A DNA stretch of 64,000 nucleotides from an uncultured Bacteroidales bacterium (GCA_937960415.1 CALGPK010000006.1:1416-65415), one strand, 5' to 3'. Counted from the stretch's first letter, positions 1-8,844 are shown. The notes: generated from the letters alone by a model not told the origin. Made by a program: numbers and translations.

Positions 1-188
1 ACTACTTTTCCTTCTGAGGTTACTCGGTCGGCACGTTTCATAGCTACTGCCAGACCTTTTTTGCGGATAATTTCTATGGCTTTTTCAATATTGCCGTCTG
101 CTTCATTTAGAGCATTTTTGCAGTCCATCAAACCGGCACCGGTTAATTGACGTAGTTTGGTTATATCGGCAGTTGTTATTGTTGACAT
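1..188 (-). CDS. tsf: Elongation factor Ts, N-terminal fragment (gene continues past the left edge)
   Basis: My reverse-strand translation from the ATG at 188 gives [55 protein letters not shown]. This is the conserved UBA-like N-terminal domain of EF-Ts. It lies directly downstream of rpsB, as in the conserved rpsB-tsf pair. Confidence 0.85.
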   Translation of the reverse strand, partial: MSTITTADITKLRQLTGAGLMDCKNALNEADGNIEKAIEIIRKKGLAVAMKRADRVTSEGKV

Positions 189-207
189 ATTAAATGTTTT
201 TTAGGGT

Positions 208-1020
208 TTATATTTCTTTTTTGGTTTTTCTGGCAGCTGTTTTCTTAGCTACTGGTTTTTCTTTATTTTCAGTTTGTGTTTGTTCGCTTTCGGTTTTTTG
301 TTCCGATTCTTGGCTAGTATTTTCTTTTTCAACTTTTCTTTCTTCTAGTCCTTCTTTAATAGCATCTACGATGGTACCGACAATGATAGCTATGCTATTG
401 GATGCGTCGTCGTTTGCAGGGATAGGGAAATCGACAAGGTTGGGGTCGGAATTAGTATCAACCATGGCTATAATGGGTATTCCCAGTCGGCGTGCCTCGC
501 GAACAGCAATGTGCTCTTTAGAGATATCTACAATAAATAACGCAGCAGGTAAACGATTTAAATCGGCAATACTGCCCAGATTTTTTTCGAGTTTCTGGCG
601 TTTACGATGTATTTGTAAACGTTCGCGTTTTGAGAGATTATCGAATGTGCCATCGTTGAGCATTTGGTCGATGGTTGTCATTTTTTTAATGGCTTTGCGG
701 ATAGTGGGGAAGTTGGTAAGCATACCGCCGGGCCAACGTTCGGTTACGTATGGCATATTAATTGCTTTTACTTTATCGGCAACAATATCTTTAGCTTGTT
801 TTTTTGTTGCCACGAAAAGAATTTTTCTTCCCGATTTAGCTATTTGACGAGCAGCATTGCATGCTTCGTCGAGTTTTGCCATGGTTTTGTAAAGATCGAT
901 GATATGAATCCCATTTTTTTCCATGAAAATGTAGGGAGCCATGGCTGGATTCCATTTGCGTCTAAGGTGACCAAAGTGTACACCTGCTTCTAATAGCTGT
1001 TCGAATGTTACTTTTGACAT
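208..1020 (-). CDS. rpsB: 30S ribosomal protein S2 (uS2)
   Basis: 270-aa ORF. The N-terminus [27 protein letters not shown] matches the conserved uS2 start. It has a charged Lys/Glu-rich C-terminal tail and sits upstream of tsf. Confidence 0.97.
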   Translation of the reverse strand: MSKVTFEQLLEAGVHFGHLRRKWNPAMAPYIFMEKNGIHIIDLYKTMAKLDEACNAARQIAKSGRKILFVATKKQAKDIVADKVKAINMPYVTERWPGGMLTNFPTIRKAIKKMTTIDQMLNDGTFDNLSKRERLQIHRKRQKLEKNLGSIADLNRLPAALFIVDISKEHIAVREARRLGIPIIAMVDTNSDPNLVDFPIPANDDASNSIAIIVGTIVDAIKEGLEERKVEKENTSQESEQKTESEQTQTENKEKPVAKKTAARKTKKEI

Positions 1021-1126
1021 GTTCTTTTAATTTAGTTTTTTATGCAACCAACAAGTAGTTCTGTTTATCATAAGACAGAAGTCTTGCCAGTTTAAACACA
1101 TAATTTTATTAAATTGGTTAATTTCA

Positions 1127-1513
1127 TTAACGTTTGCTGAATTGGAAGCGTTTGCGAGCTTTTTTCTGTCCCGATTTTTTGCGTTCTACTTCGCGAGGGT
1201 CGCGGGTTAAAAAGCCGTGTGATTTTAATACAGGACGATATTGTTCGTCAATTTGTGTTAAAGCTCGTGCAATGGCATGACGCAATGATTCGGCCTGACC
1301 TTTAAATCCACCACCTTTTACATTTACTTTAATGTTGTATTTGTTTTCAATTTGTAAAACTTTGAGTGGCTGGATAACGATGTGTTGTAAAATTTCGTTG
1401 GGGAAGTATGTCCTAAAATCTTTGTCGTTGACAACGATTTTTCCTTCGCCTTCGGTGATATAGACTCGTGAAACAGCAGTTTTTCTTCTGCCAACAGCGT
1501 TAATCATTTCCAT
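1127..1513 (-). CDS. rpsI: 30S ribosomal protein S9 (uS9)
   Basis: 128-aa ORF with KGGGFKGQAESLRHAIARAL and the invariant basic C-terminus ending KR. It follows rplM, as in the conserved rplM-rpsI pair. Confidence 0.97.
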   Translation of the reverse strand: MEMINAVGRRKTAVSRVYITEGEGKIVVNDKDFRTYFPNEILQHIVIQPLKVLQIENKYNIKVNVKGGGFKGQAESLRHAIARALTQIDEQYRPVLKSHGFLTRDPREVERKKSGQKKARKRFQFSKR

Positions 1514-1522
1514 ATAAATATA

Positions 1523-1978
1523 TTATTTAAACTTATCAATAGAAATCAGTATAGGCTGCTGAGCTTCGTGTGGATGCTTATCGCCAGCATAAATGTGTAG
1601 ATTATGAAAAATGCGTCTTGAAAGTCTGTTTCGTGGCAACATACCTTTTACAGCGTGTTCAATTATTTTTGTAGGATTAGTTGCAAACAACCTGGCTGGA
1701 GTGGTAAATCGCTGACCACCGGGATAACCGGTATAACGAACATATTGCTTTTCTTCGGTTTTTTTGCCTGTAAAAATAACTTTGTCGGCATTGATAACAA
1801 TAACGTTATCGCCGCAATCGACATGAGGAGTAAAGCCTGGTTTATGTTTTCCACGCAAAATGTAGGCTACAACAGAGCAGAGCCTGCCTACCGGTACATT
1901 GGTAGCATCGATCAATAACCAGTTCTTCTGAACAGTATTTTTGTTCAACGATACAGTTTTGTAGCTTAATGTGTCCAC
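1523..1978 (-). CDS. rplM: 50S ribosomal protein L13 (uL13), GTG start
   Basis: The ORF-track protein matches uL13 from VDTLSYKT onward (NWLLIDATN, GRLCSVVAYILRGKHKPGFTPHVDCGDNVIVINA). The 16 N-terminal codons of the track ORF overlap a promoter -7 box, so I place the start at the GTG at 1978. That gives 151 aa, a typical L13 length. Confidence 0.9.
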   Translation of the reverse strand: MDTLSYKTVSLNKNTVQKNWLLIDATNVPVGRLCSVVAYILRGKHKPGFTPHVDCGDNVIVINADKVIFTGKKTEEKQYVRYTGYPGGQRFTTPARLFATNPTKIIEHAVKGMLPRNRLSRRIFHNLHIYAGDKHPHEAQQPILISIDKFK

Positions 1979-2015
1979 TTTACAAATGTTTTTAAAATTA
2001 ACCAAAATTGGACTG

Positions 2016-2023
2016 CAAAGATA
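2016..2023 (-). promoter_or_regulatory. Putative -7 promoter box TATCTTTG upstream of rplM
   Basis: The minus strand reads TGTATCTTTGCAGTCCAATTTT. This fits the Bacteroides/Flavobacterium -7 consensus TAnnTTTG and lies 37 nt upstream of the GTG start. Confidence 0.5.
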
Positions 2024-2063
2024 CATATTTTTTTATTATACAAAATTTTTTGCGATTTATTTT

Positions 2064-3812
2064 TTACAAAATCATCCATTTGCGAAACCAATTTTCTAAA
2101 ATTAGAATTTTCCACAACTTCCAGTATTGATTTGTATTAAAATAGTGATTAATAGTATTTTTTGAGAAAATTTGATGTTTTACCAGTTGTGAGTCGGACA
2201 GATATTTTTTGTACCATTCGTTTTGTTGATAAAAATGGTCGGGTCCAACAAAACCTTGCTTTGGAGCATGAAGAATATGTCTTGGAATTTTATTGGCGAG
2301 TAATTTGCGTAGCAAAAATTTGCTTTGTTTAAAAGAAAAATACATTTTAGGCGAAAGCGAAAACATAAATTCTACTAATTGATGATCGAGCAATGGAACT
2401 CTTACTTCAAGTGTATGAGCCATGCTGGATCTATCAACTTTGGTAAGTACGAGTTCGGCCAAAAATGTTTTGAGATCTAAATATTGAATAGCTTTGAGGG
2501 GATGAATATGCTGGATGAGGTGTTTTCGGTAAAAGTGAAATTCGTCGTCGGGGATATGATTATGTAACGATGGGTGGATTATTTGCTTTAATTCTTTTTT
2601 GTCGAAAAGTCCCATGGCCATTGATTGTGCGTAGAAATTAACGAGACTATCTTTTTTCCATTTAAGTAGCCAAAGTTGTTTCATGAGTTGCTGATGCCAT
2701 GTATAGCCGGCAAAAAGTTCGTCGCCACCTTCGCCAGATAGAACTGTGTGAACATGCTGCGATGCCCATCGGCTGATTTCAAATGTAGGTACGATGGAAA
2801 TGTCGGCTATGGGTTCGTCGTAAAAATATACCGATTCGCTGATGTTGTCAATTGTAGCAGGTTCTAAAATTTTAGTTTTAATATCAAGTCCAAGCGATTG
2901 AGCTATTTGTTGGGCAGCAATATGTTCGCTTTTATTCCAATTGGTAAAGCCAATATTAAAAGCTTGAGCATGGTATCCAAGTCGCTTCGACATCATGGCT
3001 ACTACTGAAGAGTCGATACCGCCACTAAGAAAAATACCTACCGGAACATCACTAATTAAATGCTTTTTGACAGTTTCTTCTATCCGGTATTCGATCTCTT
3101 GCAAAAGGTTTCCGGTATTAAGGCTTTCATTAAATTGTAGTTGCCAGTATTCGATAGCTTGTTCTATTCGATTGTTTCGATAAATGAAGTAATGAGCTGG
3201 TGGTAATTTGTAAATATCCTGATAAATAGTATGGGGCGATGGAATATAACGATACGTCAAATATTCGCAAATAGAAGTGTAATTTATTTTAGGCGTAAAA
3301 CCTGGAAATTGAAGGATAGGCTTTATTTCTGACGAAACAATCAGGTTGTTCTTAAAAATTGCGTAATAGAGCGGTTTAATTCCGAAGCGGTCTCGAGCAC
3401 AAAAAAATTCATTGTTTTGGGCATTGTAAATAACGAAAGCAAACATTCCGTTGAGTCGTTCGAGAAGTGATACTCCCCATGCTTCGTAACCATGTAAAAT
3501 AACTTCGGCATCGGAATGGCTCTTAAACGTATGTCCTAATTGAATAAGGTCGCTTCGAAGTTCCCTAAAATTGTATATTTCGCCATTGAACGACAAATAT
3601 AAGTTTCCGTCTTCGTTGGTCATAGGTTGATTTGCACGACTGCTTAAATCAATGAGCGATAAGCGGGCATGAGCTATCCACACGTTGTGTTTACTTATGT
3701 GTTCTATTCCGGCAAAATCTTTTCCACGGTGCGAAATGGAATTAAGCATTTTCGCTACTGTTGTATATGCTAGCGTGTCTTTAGGGGATGATATAGCTAA
3801 AATTCCGCACAT
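2064..3812 (-). CDS. Asparagine synthase (glutamine-hydrolysing) family amidotransferase
   Basis: 582 aa. N-terminal MCGI provides the class II glutamine amidotransferase Cys nucleophile. A PP-loop is present (GIFLSGGIDSSVVA). Its start overlaps the stop of the upstream flippase gene by 1 nt. Confidence 0.85.
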   Translation of the reverse strand: MCGILAISSPKDTLAYTTVAKMLNSISHRGKDFAGIEHISKHNVWIAHARLSLIDLSSRANQPMTNEDGNLYLSFNGEIYNFRELRSDLIQLGHTFKSHSDAEVILHGYEAWGVSLLERLNGMFAFVIYNAQNNEFFCARDRFGIKPLYYAIFKNNLIVSSEIKPILQFPGFTPKINYTSICEYLTYRYIPSPHTIYQDIYKLPPAHYFIYRNNRIEQAIEYWQLQFNESLNTGNLLQEIEYRIEETVKKHLISDVPVGIFLSGGIDSSVVAMMSKRLGYHAQAFNIGFTNWNKSEHIAAQQIAQSLGLDIKTKILEPATIDNISESVYFYDEPIADISIVPTFEISRWASQHVHTVLSGEGGDELFAGYTWHQQLMKQLWLLKWKKDSLVNFYAQSMAMGLFDKKELKQIIHPSLHNHIPDDEFHFYRKHLIQHIHPLKAIQYLDLKTFLAELVLTKVDRSSMAHTLEVRVPLLDHQLVEFMFSLSPKMYFSFKQSKFLLRKLLANKIPRHILHAPKQGFVGPDHFYQQNEWYKKYLSDSQLVKHQIFSKNTINHYFNTNQYWKLWKILILENWFRKWMIL

Positions 3813-5149
3813 TAGACAAGAATGTTCGAATATTCGATAATGATAAAACTAATAATAAGTATGGTTGAGTAAAAAATAAACCATTTGATAGGGATATAAT
3901 GTTTGGGTACTATTTTTAGTTGTTTGTAAACAAAAAAAGCCAGTACTATTTTTTCAACTAAAAAAGCTACAACGGTTGCCATTGCTATTCCAAAAATTCC
4001 CCAGAAAGTCATCATCCAGAGGCTACAAAAAAGTTTGAAGCCCCATTCAACCACAGATGCTATTAGCGTCAGGTTTTGATAACGTTTTGCAATAAGTATT
4101 GTTTGAGGGAATACCATTCGAGGTATGATGAGTAGGAGCATTACGTTAAATATTTTAGCACTTTCTCGGAAGTAAGGGTTAAAAGCTATTTCAAACAGCA
4201 GGTAGCTACTAATAAGCAAAATTATACTAACTGGAAAAAGAACATGCATCAGTTGTAGCGATTTTTTTTTAATTTGAGCCAGCGATGCTGTTATGCTCTT
4301 ACTGCTATTGATGATAGGTATCATAGCATTACTAAATGCATTGGCAAGTAAGACAGATAAAGGAAATTCTCTGGCACCATACCGAAAAATTGCAAAAATA
4401 TTGTCATTGTAATAGCTGGCTACTAGTATGCCGTCGATGTAAGGCAAAGATCCTGCAATAAAAGCCGATAAAATTAATGGCGAACTGTTTTTTAAAATAA
4501 TTCGCCAATCGTAAAAATTAAGGTTAAATGAATGGCTATTTGAAACGATAAAAATAAGCCAAATAAAACGTATGATGGTAATAGCCAAAAGCCCCCAGAG
4601 AGAATACGACAGATTGTTGTAAATAAACGATGGGACAATGAGTAAAAGGAGTTGAATGACGTAAGTAGAAATCCCATAAATAAAGATGTTTTTATACTGC
4701 TTTTTAACTAAATAAATGTATTCAATAAAAAAAGTAACCGGTGCAAATGTCATATAAAGGAGAAAGATTAATTTATATGGCAATTGTTCGTTATTGAGAA
4801 AAAATAAACTCAGTGATTTTTCGAAAACGAGTAAGATTGCAACAATGATAATGCTGAATAGCATTGAAAGACTAATGCAGTTGGCAATAAGTTTGTTTTG
4901 AGACAGTTGAGATGAGTACCGATGATATAGGCTTAAAAAAGCTTGTATAATACCGTTGGTCCAGAAAAAGCTAAGTGCTCCGGCAAAATAAATAAATTTT
5001 TCGTAAACACCGATATCTGTTACACTATAGTTGCTTTTTGCAAAAGCAACACTAATTAAAAATAAGGTTGTAAACCTAAGCAAGTGTATGAATTGCAAAG
5101 AATTAACAGGGTTGTGAGTGAATGTCTCTGCTTTTTTGAAAAGATTCAT
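3812..5149 (-). CDS. Polytopic membrane protein, MOP-superfamily (Wzx / polysaccharide-biosynthesis type) flippase-like
   Basis: 445 aa and hydrophobic almost throughout, with many predicted TM helices. The length and composition are typical of oligosaccharide flippases. It overlaps its neighbours by 4 nt and 1 nt. Confidence 0.6.
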   Translation of the reverse strand: MNLFKKAETFTHNPVNSLQFIHLLRFTTLFLISVAFAKSNYSVTDIGVYEKFIYFAGALSFFWTNGIIQAFLSLYHRYSSQLSQNKLIANCISLSMLFSIIIVAILLVFEKSLSLFFLNNEQLPYKLIFLLYMTFAPVTFFIEYIYLVKKQYKNIFIYGISTYVIQLLLLIVPSFIYNNLSYSLWGLLAITIIRFIWLIFIVSNSHSFNLNFYDWRIILKNSSPLILSAFIAGSLPYIDGILVASYYNDNIFAIFRYGAREFPLSVLLANAFSNAMIPIINSSKSITASLAQIKKKSLQLMHVLFPVSIILLISSYLLFEIAFNPYFRESAKIFNVMLLLIIPRMVFPQTILIAKRYQNLTLIASVVEWGFKLFCSLWMMTFWGIFGIAMATVVAFLVEKIVLAFFVYKQLKIVPKHYIPIKWFIFYSTILIISFIIIEYSNILV

Positions 5150-5787
5150 CCCAGAAAGGTGTTGTACAATTTTTCTTGTCTGATGGTACTTGTTCCCCCA
5201 TGACCGGGAAAGATTTGTGTTTCTTCGGGCAAAACCAAAAGTTTACCGCGAATATGCGAGAGTAACTGTTGCCAGTCGCCACCGGCGAGGTCGGTTCTGC
5301 CAACACCGCCTTCAAAAAGGGTATCACCTGTAATCAGAATGCCATGGGTTTTTTCGTACAGAGCTATACTGCATGGGCTATGACCAGGTACGTGCAGTAC
5401 TTTAAATTCGTATTGCCCAAGTTGTATAAAGTGTTTATCTTCTAACAAAATCTTGGGCTTAGGAGGATTTTTTATTTGAAAACCGAAATATAGCGATTGG
5501 TTGCTAATATCGAAATTGCCTGCTAAAATAATATAATCTTTGTGTGCAGAAAGAGGAACATCCCATGTGTTACATACAAAAGCGGCTCCCATCAAATGGT
5601 CGAAGTGATAATGTGTAATAACGATGTGTTTTACTTGCAAATTTCTTTCTTCGATGTATTGTTTAAGTTGTTTCTGTTCATTTTCGGTGTAACACGAAGG
5701 ATCAACAATCATAGCTTCTTCGGCTGTATGTACTACATAACAGTTAACCAGAAGTGGATTAAAAGCAAATGTTTTAATGGTAAGCAT
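5146..5787 (-). CDS. MBL-fold metallo-hydrolase (glyoxalase II-like)
   Basis: 213 aa with the HxHxDH zinc motif (ITHYHFDHLMG) and downstream conserved His/Asp residues (VPGHSPCS, TGDTLF). Confidence 0.85.
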   Translation of the reverse strand: MLTIKTFAFNPLLVNCYVVHTAEEAMIVDPSCYTENEQKQLKQYIEERNLQVKHIVITHYHFDHLMGAAFVCNTWDVPLSAHKDYIILAGNFDISNQSLYFGFQIKNPPKPKILLEDKHFIQLGQYEFKVLHVPGHSPCSIALYEKTHGILITGDTLFEGGVGRTDLAGGDWQQLLSHIRGKLLVLPEETQIFPGHGGTSTIRQEKLYNTFLG

Positions 5788-5788
5788 A

Positions 5789-6433
5789 TTACGATCCTTT
5801 TACAAATGGAACAAACGAGAAATATCCATGTTTTGAAACTTCAATTTGATTTTCGTCATTTTTAGTAATAAGCAACATTTCTTGAGTTTGAATGCCTACG
5901 GGAATAACCATTTTACCGTTGGGTGCAAGTTGTTTCAAAAGATTTTCGGGGATGTCGGCTGCGGCGCATGTTACTATTATTCTATGATATGGTGCATAGG
6001 CTTCTTTGCCGGCATAGCCATCGCCTAAAAAGAGCTGGCATTTGTAGCCTAACGTATTGAGTATGTATTGAGCATTTTTATGCAATTTATAAATACGTTC
6101 TACCGAAAAAACTTTGGCGCCCATCTGACAAAGAATGGCAGCCTGATATCCACTTCCGGTACCTATTTCGAGTACCTTCATGCCGCGTTGTACATCGAGC
6201 AATTGAGTCTGAAATGCAACGGTATATGGTTGCGAAATGGTTTGGCCTTCGTCTATGGGTAAGGCTTGATCCAGGTATGCCATGTTTTCTATGCCAAAAG
6301 GCACAAAAAAATGTCGTGGTACAATTTCGATGGCTTGTAAAACAGCTTCGCTTGAAATACCTTTTTTGCGAAGAGTTTCGACAAGCTTTTTTCGTAATCC
6401 TTTGTGCAATAGAGTATCGGTCTTTTCGATCAT
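5789..6433 (-). CDS. pcm: Protein-L-isoaspartate O-methyltransferase
   Basis: SAM-binding motif VLEIGTGSGYQAAIL and PRHFFVP/QTISQPY motifs typical of PCMT. The track ORF (to 6580) runs through a tRNA gene, so I trimmed it to the ATG at 6433 (MIEKTD...), giving 214 aa. Confidence 0.9.
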   Translation of the reverse strand: MIEKTDTLLHKGLRKKLVETLRKKGISSEAVLQAIEIVPRHFFVPFGIENMAYLDQALPIDEGQTISQPYTVAFQTQLLDVQRGMKVLEIGTGSGYQAAILCQMGAKVFSVERIYKLHKNAQYILNTLGYKCQLFLGDGYAGKEAYAPYHRIIVTCAAADIPENLLKQLAPNGKMVIPVGIQTQEMLLITKNDENQIEVSKHGYFSFVPFVKGS

Positions 6434-6439
6434 GGCATG

Positions 6440-6447
6440 CAAAGGTA
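6440..6447 (-). promoter_or_regulatory. Putative -7 promoter box TACCTTTG upstream of pcm
   Basis: The minus strand reads TTTTTACCTTTGCATGCCATG. This is an exact TAnnTTTG with only 6 nt between the box and the ATG, implying a leaderless or near-leaderless mRNA. Confidence 0.45.
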
Positions 6448-6510
6448 AAAATTTTTTTGATTTATTAAATTGAATGGAAGAAAAAATAGATGGTAAAAGT
6501 TTAAAATAAG

Positions 6511-6602
<92 letters not shown>

Positions 6603-6612
6603 GTTTGAATTG

Positions 6613-6620
6613 CAAAAGTA
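6613..6620 (-). promoter_or_regulatory. Putative -7 promoter box TACTTTTG upstream of tRNA-Ser
   Basis: The minus strand reads CCATTACTTTTGCAATTCAAAC followed directly by the tRNA 5' end, which lies 10 nt after the box. Confidence 0.5.
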
Positions 6621-6630
6621 ATGGAAAAAA

Positions 6631-7257
6631 TTATTCGTTCTTACTGATACTCCCTTTTTTTACAAAATTTTTTCCCCCTATTTCTTTGCGACCAACGTAA
6701 ACATTAACACATCCGTAATAATTTGGGTCGCCCGAAGGAATTTGAACTCTTACGATATATCGAGCACTTTTAGTAGGAGTAATTTCGAAATAAGGCTGTT
6801 TATTCTGTTGTTTGCTGTCGTAAAGTACTTTATCTACGCTAATGCGTTCGGTTAGCCATGTTGTATCGACAACGATCTGACGACTTTTAATAATTAAATT
6901 TCCATTTTTGTCGGTTTTGTAGTCGCCGTATTCATTCATTTCGTAAGTAACAATGGTGTCTTTTTTTATTTTATCGATAGTACGTTTGGTCTTGCGTTCG
7001 GGTTGAACAACTTTCCAAACAACATTCCCTAATTTAGGGTCGTTGCAAACAAAAATTCGGTATTTCTGGTTACCATACAATACAATGTTAACGCTTGATG
7101 TGTCGCCCGGCGAAAGTTTGGCATACGACGATTGGCTGCGATAATCGAAATCTTCCATGTAATCGTCGCAATATTTTTTCCGTTCGCATTGAGCAAACAA
7201 ATTAGAAGCATTTGCTATTATCGACAAAAACAATATTATTACGACCGGTGTTTTCAT
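6631..7257 (-). CDS. Hypothetical secreted protein
   Basis: 208 aa. N-terminal signal peptide (MKTPVVIILFLSIIANASNLFAQ). The mature part has four Cys residues and looks beta-rich. I recognise no family. Confidence 0.6.
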   Translation of the reverse strand: MKTPVVIILFLSIIANASNLFAQCERKKYCDDYMEDFDYRSQSSYAKLSPGDTSSVNIVLYGNQKYRIFVCNDPKLGNVVWKVVQPERKTKRTIDKIKKDTIVTYEMNEYGDYKTDKNGNLIIKSRQIVVDTTWLTERISVDKVLYDSKQQNKQPYFEITPTKSARYIVRVQIPSGDPNYYGCVNVYVGRKEIGGKNFVKKGSISKNE

Positions 7258-7269
7258 ACGTTTAATTTT

Positions 7270-8088
7270 TTAAGCAATAAATAAGGCACGAATAGCTTTT
7301 ATTTTGTTGGTAATTTCTTCGAATTGTTTTTTGGTAATAATCACATCTGTATTGTCAAGTAGTTTGTCGTACGATAGTTGAAGGTCAACAAGTAGCTCGA
7401 TTATTTTAGCATATTCCGGATTGTTTTTTACGTATTGGAAAAGCTCTAAAATGTTTTCTAAAAGTAACCCCTGATCGGCGATACGAATAACAATTTCGTT
7501 GTTCGAATCGAACTTATCGATGGATTTTATAGCCAGGTTAACACTTTCTATCCATGCTCCGGTAATCATTAGCGGTAGTAAATCTTCTTTGCCTTGTTGT
7601 TCTAAAAAACGAATGGCCGTTGCATACGAGTCGTTCGAAATCTGATACAACGAATCGCTGTTGTTCATATTGGCGTCAATACGTTTAACAATAGATTCAT
7701 CAAACCCTTCGGTAAGTGCTAGATCGTCGGCTAATTTTTTGGTTACAGAAAAATAAGTAAATGTTTCTTTATTTTGTTTAAAAACAGTACAATATGCCAG
7801 ATCGGAAGCATAAACTCCCAGATTGATGGCTTTTTTTATACGAGTGGTGTACTTTGAATGATTATCGACAGGATTGAGGTTTTCTTTAGAAAAAGTAGCA
7901 TTAGCATTATACATAAAAATATACAATTCAATAGGCGAAGGCACTTTAACAGCTGTCTTTTGAAGTTCACTTTCTTGTTCGGTACTATCTATCAGTAAAT
8001 TATTTACACCGCTATCTGTCTGAGAACAAGAATTGATTAACCCAATTAGGCCGATATACAGCAAAAAGTTTAATTTTTTAATAAACAT
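7270..8088 (-). CDS. Hypothetical lipoprotein
   Basis: 272 aa. Lipoprotein signal with lipobox (LIGLINSC). The mature part is helix-like and acidic. I recognise no family. It lies 12 nt upstream of the 6631-7257 gene. Confidence 0.6.
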   Translation of the reverse strand: MFIKKLNFLLYIGLIGLINSCSQTDSGVNNLLIDSTEQESELQKTAVKVPSPIELYIFMYNANATFSKENLNPVDNHSKYTTRIKKAINLGVYASDLAYCTVFKQNKETFTYFSVTKKLADDLALTEGFDESIVKRIDANMNNSDSLYQISNDSYATAIRFLEQQGKEDLLPLMITGAWIESVNLAIKSIDKFDSNNEIVIRIADQGLLLENILELFQYVKNNPEYAKIIELLVDLQLSYDKLLDNTDVIITKKQFEEITNKIKAIRALFIA

Positions 8089-8142
8089 AGCAGTATGGAT
8101 TTTGATGTAAAATTAAAACAAATTATTTTTATCGAAAAATTT

Positions 8143-8844
8143 ATGCATAGAATTTTTTTTCTCTTTTTTACAGGATTATTACTAAATAATGTTTTTGCTC
8201 AATCGCTTGCCGAAGATTTTACCTTAACAGATGTTAATGGTAATACTTATAATTTGTACAGTGAGCTGGATGCAGGAAAATCCGTAGTACTCAACTTTTT
8301 TATTACTTTATGTGGTACATGTCAGATGAGTGCACCAATTATAGAAGAAATATGGCAAAATTACGGATACAATGGTGATTCGCTCTGGGTGTGGGGTATC
8401 GAAGTCTCTGGAATACACGATACTGATATTGTAGCGTTTATGACACAGTACGGTGTTACATTTCCATGTTTTAGCACCTTAAACGACGACGTTGTGGTGG
8501 CTGTGTACAACATAACATATACACCTCAATATTATGTGGTATGCCCCAATAAACTTATTAAAAAAGTTAATATTACGCAGTTAGATTCTGCAATAATAAG
8601 TTGTAAGCACTTGCAAAGTACAGAACATATTTATACCGATTTATTCGTTTTTGATCAGTTTCAGTTAAAACTTCCGTTTATTATTCCAGCAAATGTCAAC
8701 ATTTACGATAATTATGGTCGAACAATCATTTCATATAAAAATGTTTTAGGAACAGTCGATATTTCGTATTTAAAACCTGGACTTTATGTTTTACATGTTC
8801 AAGCAGATGATGTAATAATCAGAAAATTACTATTAAAATATTAA
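8143..8844 (+). CDS. Thioredoxin-fold (TlpA/redoxin-like) protein with T9SS C-terminal sorting domain
   Basis: Signal peptide from MHRIFFLFFTGLLLNNVFAQ, with an alternative upstream ATG at 8095. Redoxin-like region DFTLTDVNGNTYNL...GKSVVLNFFITLCGTCQ carries a CxxC. The C-terminal tail NVNIYDNYGRTIISYKNVLGTVDISYLKPGLYVLHVQADDVIIRKLLLK resembles the Por/T9SS type A CTD. Confidence 0.65.
   Translation: MHRIFFLFFTGLLLNNVFAQSLAEDFTLTDVNGNTYNLYSELDAGKSVVLNFFITLCGTCQMSAPIIEEIWQNYGYNGDSLWVWGIEVSGIHDTDIVAFMTQYGVTFPCFSTLNDDVVVAVYNITYTPQYYVVCPNKLIKKVNITQLDSAIISCKHLQSTEHIYTDLFVFDQFQLKLPFIIPANVNIYDNYGRTIISYKNVLGTVDISYLKPGLYVLHVQADDVIIRKLLLKY

Noticed and set aside
194-847. 217-aa ORF on the plus strand covering most of rpsB in antisense. 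Similar long antisense ORFs occur at 21800-22165, 22144-22416, 24445-24825, 26066-28 (26066-26428), 28821-29183, 34927-35304, 48891-49301, 57426-57752 and 61650-62180.
   Set aside because: All lie opposite strongly supported conserved genes. Their translations are low-complexity (Phe/Leu/Ser/Cys-rich) with no recognisable motifs, no start context and no promoter box. They are typical shadow ORFs produced by codon bias on the sense strand.
1021-1126. Possible structured rpsB leader in the 106-nt rpsI-rpsB spacer (short hairpins TTCTGT-N10-ACAGAA and AAGAC-N4-GTCTT).
   Set aside because: The stems are only 5-6 bp and mutually exclusive. There is no promoter box and nothing resembling a known S2 autoregulatory leader that I can recognise. 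This is insufficient evidence from a single sequence.
5103-5327. 74-aa ORF overlapping the flippase/MBL junction, plus other small ORFs nested in annotated genes (for example 4492-4677, 7029-7211, 12576-12761 and 13143-13325).
   Set aside because: They are nested out of frame or antisense within longer ORFs that have clear family signatures or membrane and signal features. Nothing supports them independently.
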